DNA of 64,000 nucleotides, taken from the NCBI GenBank assembly GCA_964016885.1, contig OZ024742.1:331824001-331888000 (forward strand), given 5' to 3'. Position 1 is the first letter of the stretch, and each line of letters starts with the position of its first letter. Of this stretch, positions 54,188 through 64,000 are shown piece after piece. The notes below the pieces were generated by a model. That model had not been told where the DNA came from. It was given only the letters and a program-made list of their open reading frames with translations, and did no database searches. A program made the translations under genes and the position numbers. Origin of the DNA: Eledone cirrhosa. Taxonomy: Eukaryota.

Positions 54188-54777
54188 AATATATATATAT
54201 CAAGAGAGAGAGAGAGAGACAGAGAAAGTGGACAGATATGGTTTGACTATGAAGTAATAGAAAAAAAGTGAAGAATAAATGATGGCTGAGAATATATATT
54301 TCAAAAAGAAAAAATGTCGGTTATATCAAACCACACACACACAAGTAACCAAACGCATTATATATATATGTGTGTGTGTTATGTAGATGTACTTGTGTGC
54401 GTGCGTGTGTGAAATAAAAAAAAACAATGAATTTAGAGAAACCAGGTTATAGAAATCATATATAAAGAGAAACAGAGCAAAAAGGCTTGATAATTGTCGA
54501 AGGAAATACGTGGGTTAATATTGTTGGTTGGATGATAGGTTGCTTATAGATCTAAAGATTTCATGTGCTTCAGAAATCATTGGGTACAAAATCTGCTGTC
54601 TATGTTGAGAATCTCAACATACCGTAGGGTTCTACAGAATGGGAGTAGATTTAAAGTGTCCTTAAGAATGCATGCATTTATGCGCATGCATACACACACA
54701 CATACACCCACATATACACATAAACACTCATATATATATATATGTGTATATATATACATACACACAAACACACCCAT

Positions 54778-54817
<40 letters not shown>

Positions 54818-54912
54818 TATATGTATATATATATATGTAAAGAACTATACATTTGTGCGAGTATATATGTGTTATTACTTGATTGTCTGTGTATATATAA
54901 CATGTTTCCTTG

Positions 54913-54956
<44 letters not shown>

Positions 54957-55565
54957 AGTTAAATATGTGTATTGTAATGCAATGTAACGAATATATTTCT
55001 GATATAGTTGAGTGTACAGTCTCTTCAGAAAATGCACAACGATTTCTTTATGTTTGTCCTTTTTTTTTAGATACGTATATAGATTTTTACTAGCTCTGCT
55101 ATATAACATCATGCAATAGTGGAATGGGAGATATTTTCCTATAAATATACAAAGGCTGAAGTAGATACAAGATGGTGAATATGAAACCATCTAATAATCC
55201 ATTTGTACAGAGAGGCATCTAGTGCAGGGTTGAGAGAATCAAAAAAAGACACAGAGAGCAAGCAAAAGAGAGAATAAACAAGAGAGAGAGGGGGGAAGAG
55301 AAAGAGAGAAAGAAAGACTGAGTGAGAGTGAAAGAGTGAGAGAGAAAGAGAGTGAAAGAGAATGTGAGTTAGCAGGGATACCAAGAATAAACAGATATAT
55401 TATATCAATATTGATCTATTGGTGATACCTGTTGACTTGGGAGCTTTTTTTATTTGGCTATGACAGGAGACAAACAAACGCATACATACACAAATGCAAA
55501 CACACGCACATATATAAACCAATTGCATACACATGTGTTTGTATGTATATATATATATATATGTA

Positions 55566-55602
<37 letters not shown>

Positions 55603-55708
55603 GTAGAACGTGAGTATAGAATAAATGGTTAGAATTCACATAAGATAGATTTAGTGATACACACATAAATATACGTATATATAGGATGAAATATACACTC
55701 ACACACAT

Positions 55709-55746
<38 letters not shown>

Positions 55747-56000
55747 CTATATATATATAGATAGATAGATAGATAGATAGATAGATTTCTTTATTTACCA
55801 TAAAGGCATAAAAAGAAGGGACAAATACAAAGGGGGAGTTTACATATAATCGAGTAAAAAGGGTGTAACATGAAAATAATCGAAAATAACCTCAAAAGGG
55901 AGGGGACGTGATGGGGGTTGCACACACCCCCGAAAAAGTGTGCAATCCTTTGCCCGGGGAGCACATGGAGAAGGTGCTCCCCTCTCCTTTACTTCTTTAC

Positions 56001-59000
56001 CTACAGGATGGTATACAGAGAAGGCCCATTTACACGAGCCATTCTCGCCACTATCACCCACCTTTCATAAAACTGCCTGTGGCCAAGCACCTCTCTCTCC
56101 ATTCTTATCCTTCTTCCGAAGTGATATCGGAAGAAGTAGACCAGACTATGGCCAGAGAGGAAGTTGCCTGACCTCAGACCTTTCAATCGTGTCCACCAAA
56201 CAACCTCTTTCAACATGGCTATTACGCACAGAAAAACCGCCTTTGATTCCTTTGTGAAGAGGGGAGGCGGTTTGATTGTCATCACGGACTCGGCGGTCAA
56301 TTTAATCGGCGCCACCCGCGACAGCAGTCGTTCGGCGTAGCCCCACAGATCAGCCACGCCCGGACATTGCACCAATGCGTGCGCAACGGTTTCTTCGTGA
56401 CGCACGCATATAGGGCAAATCTTTTTTGAGGGATCCCTGCCCGGGCGCCCGTGTCTGTAGAGCCTCTCTCGAACGGGTAGAGCCCCCGGTAGCACTGCCA
56501 GGCCAGTGACTTCTGGAAGTTGTCCATTGGTCCTGGGCCGAAAGTCCTACCGAACAGGCTGGCCAGTTCGTCTTCTTCCATGTCCAGCGACTCTCCAAGG
56601 GTGTCATCGCCCCTGCTAGCCACCAGCCCTCTATAGAATGATGAGGTGGATTCTCCACCGATGGCTTGGCCCGCTTGCCAGAGAGCCCTGAGCGCCTGAG
56701 CACACTCAGTGTGCCAGTCTCCCAGTTTTCCGGATCTTTGCTTGACCCAGGACTGTAGCTCGGTGAGCGAGACGAGTCTCGGAAAGGCTCGTTTCACGAA
56801 CGGAGCCCACACCGGTTGACCAGTGAGGAATACCTGTAGGTGGCGTAGCCTTAATGCGTGCCTACGCATCATCAACCACGGCATCCCCAGCCCTCCTTTC
56901 GAAGGTTGTTGGCAGCAGATGGATCTTCTCACCATAGGAGGACGCTTCTTCCAAAGAAATTGGAAGAGCATGCGTTCCATGGTGGTGAGTGTTTCCTTAG
57001 GGCAAGGCACGACAGTCAGGCGGTAGTAAGTGACGGACGCTATGTAAATGTTCGCCACCTCCGCCCGGCCTTTTAGGGACAGCTTACACTTGGCCCATTT
57101 CTGGGTTAGTGCAAACACCTTGTTCGTAACCTCGTTCCAGTTCTTTTCCACCTGGAGGTCCGGTCCAAACCAGACCCCAAGCAACTTTACCGGGCCCTCC
57201 GTCCAGTGTCCGACGACACCGTCAGGAGGCACCGGTCTGCCTCTCCACGTTCCGAGTTGCAGCCCGATGGATTTTCCCCGGTTCAGTTTCGCTCCTGACA
57301 ACCTTTCGTACTCCTCCAGTAAGGTACCGATCGCCTCGATCTCCGAGTCGGTTGATACCATTACTGTTACGTCATCGGCGTAGGCCGACACCGCTTTGCT
57401 CAATCCTGGTTCCAGGGGGATACCCTGCAACAACTCCAACTTCCTCAGTAAAGGCTCGAGAGTCAATACGTACAGAAGGGAGGAGAGAGGGCACCCCTGT
57501 CGAATGGATCGTGTGATTTCGAACGGCTTCGAAAGGTAGCCGTTCACCTTGATCCTAGAACAGATCTGGTTGCTATGTAGGGCAGTGATCCAGCCTCTGA
57601 AAACAGGACCGAACCCAGCCGCCGCTAGCACCGCATCCAGGTAACCATGGTCGACCCTATCGAAGGCCTTAGACTGATCTAAGTTGATCAGGGCCCCACC
57701 GAAGCCGGGTTTGTTGCCAACCCTCTCTATGATGTATCGCCTGAGGTGGAGGTTATCGTGAATGGACCTGGATGGGATAGCACATGTCTGCGCATCTCCC
57801 ACCAGGCCACCCACGACAAGCGCCAACCTCTTTGCTAACACCTTGGCCAAAATCTTTAACTCTGTGTTTAGCAGGGTTATGGGCCGAAAATTATTTATAT
57901 ATAACCCCCTTGTTCTCGTCCTTCCTCACCAGCGTGACTACGCCCTTGGCTACAGAACAAGGAATTATCCCGTTCTGCTGCCAATTGCAGTAGACCGCTT
58001 CGAGGAGTTCGGAGAAGAAGACCGGCATTGCTAAATAAAGTTCGTAAGGTATACCATCGAGACCTGGAGATTTGCGTCTGCTGCATTGGCCCAGCGCATC
58101 TCCGATCTCATCAGCCGAGATTGGTTCCTCGCAGGACTCTGCCTCTTCGTTCGAAAGACGCGGCAGGCCGTCGAGGTATGGACCGAAATCCACGCCCCCG
58201 CCCGGACCCTCGCCTCCCCCGAACAATCGGGCAAAGTGCCTTTGAAAGGCCTCGCACATCTGCTTAGGCTCCCGGATCACCCGTCCATCTTCGTCTTGCA
58301 ACGACCGGATGGTGGATCGATTTCCACTCTTAGCTTCTGTCACGCGGGCCCATCCAACGGCTTTGGCCCCCTCATTACCTAGAGCACGTATTTTACTTCG
58401 ACTTTGCATCGAAAAACTGGTTCAAGGCCGTCCTCCATGCCAGCACTCTGGCCACATCTTCGCTCTTGATTGCCTCTTCTAATTTACCTGTTAATTCTTT
58501 CTCGTTTCTATTCCTATCGGCAGCTAACATCTTGCTATAACTTATTGATTCTGTTCTAATCTCTCTTTTGAGAGATGCCCACCATCGGTTGTTGACGATT
58601 GCATTATCAACCTCTCCTTAACTAATCTGCTAATCCGGTTTCTGTAAGTCTCTTTTGCCGGTAAAGACAAATTAAGTTTCCAGTAACCGGGACCCTGTCT
58701 ATGTGTTTTCTCGAGATTGACCACGCAGGTCACTAATTTGTCCCTATCCTTACTTCTAACTAAGAATCTATCTAAGTACGATCTAGATTGACCACTGTGG
58801 TTTCTCCAAGTCCAGGTAGGCACAGTTGGAAAATCTAGTCGATATCTATCGACCAAGTTAAAACGGTCGAGTAACCCCTTGAGGCTGTTACACCCCCTCT
58901 ATTAGGACATGCTCCTGCATAGTCCCAACGTGCATCCAGGATGTCATTCCAATCCCCTGCTAGAAGCAGCGAACGCGACGTTCCCAGAAAAGTCTCCAAA

Positions 59001-59374
59001 CGCTGGAAGAAGTCGGGCCGTTCAGCTCCGAAAGGGGAGTAGACGGCGACCAGTCTCAAGGCCGCACTTTCACTACTGCCAACGTCTAGCACCAACAAAC
59101 GAACCTCCGGGTCCGAGTGCACAACCTGTAGGGCAAGACCCAGGTGTTTTTGCAGCAGTACGACAACCCCACCCCCACCTCCAGGTTGACAGAGAGATGC
59201 ATGCACCTCAAAGTCATCGAAGGTGGGGGCCAGCTGCCGCACGACGCTGATTCGAGTCTCACAGATAACCATTACATTTATACTACATGACCTGAGGTCA
59301 TTTAGAAGCTTTGCTTGCTTCCAAGTTGAGCCCAGGCCACGTGCATTCAAACATCCTACTCTTAACACATCCAT
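56001..59374 (-). pseudogene. Tx1 ORF2 (AP endonuclease, RT, C-terminal zinc finger), frameshifted
   Basis: CLNARGL, ICETR, AGDWN, SYLDRFL, GPGYWKLN, KSPGLDG, LDQSKAFDRV, YADD, CPIC..ETVAHALVQC. Confidence 0.92.
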
Positions 59375-59407
59375 GTGGGCGGCAGAGCTAAAGGAGAGTG
59401 TAGAGAC

Positions 59408-61310
59408 CTACCTTTCCGCTTCCCGGGGTTCGGGTTGCACGACTTCCATGGGGTCGGGGGTGTTGGGTGAAGGGGTGTCTTGTGGTGGTGTTGGGTCGTC
59501 AGTGTGTGGTAGGGTTGGGGTGTTTGGAGTTGTGTTGGGGAGGGGAAGGGGAGGGGGAAAGCTTTTTAGTAGGACGCGGTTTATGGGTTTGACAGAGGGT
59601 GGTCCTACGTCCTCCTTAAAATCCTTTTTTAGTTTTTGGTAGAGGTTCATTGGGATTTTATTAGTTTTAAATGTGGGTAGTTTTCTGACGAGACAAAGTT
59701 TACACCTTCGGTGTGTACCGAAGGATTATTGTATATGAGCTCATTTAATTTATTATTGTTTCTGTTGATGTAAGTATAGTGTAATGTCTTTTTTTCCGAT
59801 GGTGTGAGTGTTTCGAAGAGGGGAGGGGCAGGTTTGGTTTTGTTTGTTGCTGGAGGGGTGTTTTCTGTTTTGTTGGATTGTGTTGAGATTTGGGTGGGGG
59901 TTGTTTGTCCTTGTGTGTTTTGCACATGTTTTCTTTTTTTCCTTTTAATCTGTCTGAAGGACTCCGTTTCTTCCTCCGAATTCGTTGGGTTATCTTCATT
60001 GTTGGAGGGAAGAGGTATGTTTGCTGGTAATGTTTCCGTGTTGGTTTTCTTTGTGGGGGAGATGGATGTCACTATGTTAGACTGTGTTGTGTGTTGTGTC
60101 TGCGGTGGTTGTGTTGTTTTATTGAGTGAGAGGTTGGGTGGGCCTGTATTTTGTTTTGGGGTAATGTGTTGTGACTGTTTGTGTTGTGGTGGTGTTGTGG
60201 TTTTACTGAGGGACGGGTTGGGTGGGACTGAGTTTTGTTGTTTGTTTATCTGTTGTGGTGGTGGTGGTGGAGCTGGTGTTGGTAGCAGGGTTTTCTTTTT
60301 GTTGAGTTGGGGACAAGCGGCCTTCAGGTGCCCTCTGCCTGCACAGATATGGCAGGACGGCCTTTTCCCCTCCACGCTAATGTTTATATACCCGTGGTCC
60401 TCTAATAGGATTCTGTCGGGTATTTGGGCGATGCGTTCAGGCTTCATTTGTACTACCAGCTCTATACCTGTTCCACTGAACGCATTGCCTGTGGTTTTCC
60501 CAATGGAAATCACGTTGTCATTCACTGGATCGATGAAGCCAGCTATGAGCCAGCAGTAGTCCACATCTGGCATCATTGCATCCAGCCATATGCGTTGAGT
60601 TCTTTTCCCCATATAAGATGGATAAAAGGTGAAATTTTTCGAACGAATCGGTGACAAAGCACATTTTTTGGCCGCCGATTCGTTCTTCGTGATAATTGCT
60701 ATGCTTCCATACAGTCTGTCTTTTCTTATGAAAGTGGTTTCATTAAGTACTTCTGTGAGTACTGTTTTGATATCTGCTTGAGAAGGCTGTTCAGGTTTTT
60801 TTTGTACTGTTGTTGATGGTCCGAAACTTGACCGTTCGGCTTTCAATGTCTTTCGTGAATTCTTGAGGCATTTTTACCGATAAAATACCATTCTCTCCTT
60901 CACTTATGTATTGTTTGGCGTCCGTGATCCTTCGTACCACATCTGAAATGTTTTCCGCTATATAAGTCAAAGATTTCTTTGTTTTCTGTGCAAATGAAAT
61001 CTTGTCGTCTGCTTTGTTTTCTGATATGGTGTTATTTTCAACTGTTATTTTTGTGTTTGTTGTGTCTTTGTTTGTGTTATTAGTATTGTCATGCAATTTT
61101 TCAAATTTTTTTTTTTTCGTTGTTGGAATCCAAGTCCAGATTTGTGTTTCCGTCATTTAATTTTTTCTCCGCAGATTCGTCTGTTTTTATTTTAATTTTT
61201 CCTTCCTTCTCTATGACGTTAGTTGGGAAGGAAGGGAGGACTAAAGCGTGCGAGCTTACAACTCTTACCGCTGTCCCCCCACCACTATTTTCGTTCGCTG
61301 CGTTTAACAT
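59408..61310 (-). pseudogene. Tx1 ORF1 (gag-like, CCHC knuckle), frameshifted
   Basis: CHICAGRGHLKAAC knuckle followed by a Pro/Gln/Thr-rich region. Pieces 61101-61310, 60791-61156, 59647-60846 and 59408-59650. Confidence 0.85.
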
Positions 61311-61543
61311 TTCTGTTAGACGATTGAAATTTTTTACACAAAATTTTTTAAAACAGGTTTTTCACCTCTAGGAGGGGTAAAGATGAGCTGACCCACCACC
61401 TGACAGTTCAGACGGAGGGTCAAGCTACACAATTGTATCAAAATTAAGTTTGAACTCACAAAATTTCCTCAATAAATTTGAACAAAACTTCTGTGCGAAG
61501 TGAATGACATCCACACTGTAGAACAGACGACAGCTAGATTTTT

Positions 61544-61645
<102 letters not shown>

Positions 61646-61754
61646 TAGAGAGAGAGAGAAACAGACAGATAGACAGAGAAGGAGAGAGAGAGACTTTAAG
61701 ACCATTATACTGAGAATTAGAAGTGTTCTGCATGCATAACATAGTAATAATATA

Positions 61755-62008
61755 ATAACTGTTTCTACGTTTGGCACAAGGCCAGCAATACACAATTAGT
61801 AATAATATAATAACAAGAACCTATATTGTTTTCAGTATTAAAGGAATATAATTACCCAGTGCATTGCTGGTACTTTATTTTATCGACCCCGTAAGGATGA
61901 AAGGCAAATTAACCTCGGCGGGATTTGAACTCAGAATGTCAATGGCCGTAACTCTATGCGTCAAAGCGTGGCGTCCAACCCGCTACCGATACTGCCAATT
62001 TACCGCCC
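61755..62008 (-). mobile_element. SINE copy, interrupted near its 3' end
   Basis: Reverse complement of the head and core at 61855-62008 and of the tail at 61757-61788. Confidence 0.85.
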
Positions 62009-62200
62009 CAAATGTGAATAGTTTATCTTTAAAATCAGCATTTTCTATTCTCACGAGCATCAAAGATAAGAGTCATATTTTTTCGCTAAACTTTGAATTT
62101 CTCATTCTTTGAAATCGTTTCTGTCCAGATTACTGTTTACACATTTAAAGTTATCTTTTTATTTTTTTCTATTGTATTATCTCTTCATATATACTTATAC

Positions 62201-62260
<60 letters not shown>

Positions 62261-62459
62261 TTAAGGATACTATTTATGGTTATGTATATACTAAAAACTT
62301 TTATAGTTATATATATTTTAAACCCTAAACAGTGAAAGACAGTAATTTATTACTACCTTATTACCAGTAAGATAAATAGCTCAATGTAATAACATCACTT
62401 GTTCTAGAGAGCAGTTATATAGAAATTACATGAATCAAAGTTCTATTCAAATCATTTAT

Positions 62460-62508
62460 TCGCTTACAATTGTTTCTTCCAAACCGAGGTTTGGATTCTT
62501 CGGAGCAA
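62460..62508 (-). ncRNA. Minimal type-I hammerhead, U4C core variant
   Basis: TTGCT-CCGAAGA-ATCCAAAC CTCG GTTTGGAA-GAAA-CAATTG-TA-AGCGA, followed by AATAAA. Confidence 0.75.
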
Positions 62509-62776
62509 TTTTTCAATGATTGTTTACATACTTGACCTCCTTTTCAACACAAGAGAAATACGGAAACATATGTATATCTTGAATATATACATATAAAACT
62601 AAATATAGTTAGAGTTGCTCCTGCCAACATATCTCTACCATCTCTTCTCATATCCTTATCTAAACTCCCATGATCCCCACATACACAGTTGATATACATA
62701 CATCAATATATACATATGTTTCCGTATGTCTCTTGTGTTGAAAAGGAGGTCAAGTATGTAAACAATCATTGAAAAA

Positions 62777-62825
62777 TTGCTCCGAAGTGTCCAAACCTCG
62801 GTTTGGAAGAAACATTTGTAAGCGA
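62777..62825 (+). ncRNA. Second-arm copy of the same hammerhead, further mutated
   Basis: TTGCT-CCGAAGT-GTCCAAACCTCGGTTTGGAA-GAAA-CATTTG-TA-AGCGA. Confidence 0.6.
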
Positions 62826-62877
62826 ATAAATGATTTGAACAGAACTTTGATTCATGTAATTTCTATATCTATATATC

Positions 62878-62959
<82 letters not shown>

Positions 62960-63459
62960 GATATGTATATATATAAGTATATAAGTATGAGGCTCCTGGC
63001 TTAAGACAGACTTTAGACTTTAGATATATATATATATATATATATATAGTAGAATAATCAAGAATCGGAATATCAGCCCACGAAATCACGATAAACAATA
63101 TCCGATATGTGTGGCAGAGGGCTCAATAATTTGGATAAATCAGAGCTATAACTATCGTTAAAATACCAACACATAGAGACCATGCCTAAAATCACCCGTG
63201 CAGCCGAAAAAGAACGACCAGGACGATTCGGGTCACTCAAATAAAATATCAATAAATTAATAATTTAAATAATATATATATACATATTGATTCACCTCAA
63301 GGGGTAGGGCATTGATCAACATGCCTAGACTAGATTGATACAGCTCATTCTGTACCGATGTCATTTCCCACTGAAGCCAATTTTACATTGCAGCTTTAAA
63401 ATTCGTCAAATAATTCCATTCGTTTCGCCTCATTTGGAAGGCATTATTGCTTTCCTTGG

Positions 63460-63647
63460 GTGGTGAATTGGCAGTATCGGTAGAGCGTCAGACACCATTA
63501 TTTACAGCACGGAGTTATGGCCCTTTATGTTCTGATTTCAACGCCGAGGTCAACTTTGCCTTTCATCCTTACAGTTTCCATGAAATAAAGTAGCAGTAAT
63601 GCAGTGAAATATTTGCTGGCCTTGTGCAACAAGTAGAAACTATTATT
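63460..63647 (+). mobile_element. SINE copy
   Basis: GGTGGTGAATTGGCAGTATCGGTAGAG..CTTTGCCTTTCATCCTTAC..GTAGAAAC. Confidence 0.88.
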
Positions 63648-64000
63648 ACTTTCTTTAGACTTTTAGAATTACTCATCGATACACTTTATGTTTTCTTTAT
63701 TTTTCAAATTCATACCCCAGAAGGCATTACTTTGTTTCATGCATTTTGAGTCTTTAAAGTACCTATTAATTATTTTAATCGATAAAATAAACTGTTCCGT
63801 TAAATCCAATCTTACCATTAGAGGGCAGAGAATTTGGGTTATTCATTGATATTAGTTAGCAGAAAATCATTATTTCATTATTAGTTAATGAGTTTCAGTA
63901 AATAAATATCATTCCCTATATAAGAACTTCTATATTTCTGCTAGAAATCATCATCTGAAACAGCAGTGTATATATATATATATATGTGTGTGTGTATTCA

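Larger units (their letters stand above)
62417..62868. repeat. Inverted repeat with 161-bp arms and a 130-bp spacer, one hammerhead per arm
   Basis: 62417-62577 is the reverse complement of 62708-62868 with few mismatches. Confidence 0.92.

Noticed and set aside
59804-60559. Long antisense ORFs over the LINEs (also 41075-41797 and 40303-40851)
   Set aside because: They are shadows of low-complexity ORF1 coding sequence.
61385-61426. Twister-like ribozyme in the 5' UTR of the GATA-flanked Tx1
   Set aside because: Only a simple TGACCC/GGGTCA hairpin is visible and the pseudoknots could not be assigned.

Overview
AT-rich, repeat-saturated eukaryotic DNA, most likely from an octopod cephalopod (inferred from the SINE family and the density of (TA)n/(CA)n/(GATA)n repeats). 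I found no convincing host gene; nearly all short ORFs in the track are microsatellite read-throughs or antisense shadows. The window holds a 73/66-bp satellite, about 12 copies of one tRNA-derived SINE, a head-to-head inverted pair of Naiad-type Penelope-like elements (PLEs), three Dong/R4-type RLE retrotransposons ending in (TAA)n, two Tx1/L1-type elements embedded in (ATT)n and (GATA)n, RTE fragments and a decayed hAT-like transposase. The most notable signal is non-coding: about a dozen minimal type-I hammerhead ribozyme (HHR) motifs from several distinct small-element families, mostly next to (TA)n tracts. Many of these elements form fold-back palindromes whose turning points lie at or beside the ribozyme (cleavage site or stem II), and one forms a 522-bp tandem retrozyme-like array. 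All structures were read by eye; nothing was folded computationally or searched against databases.
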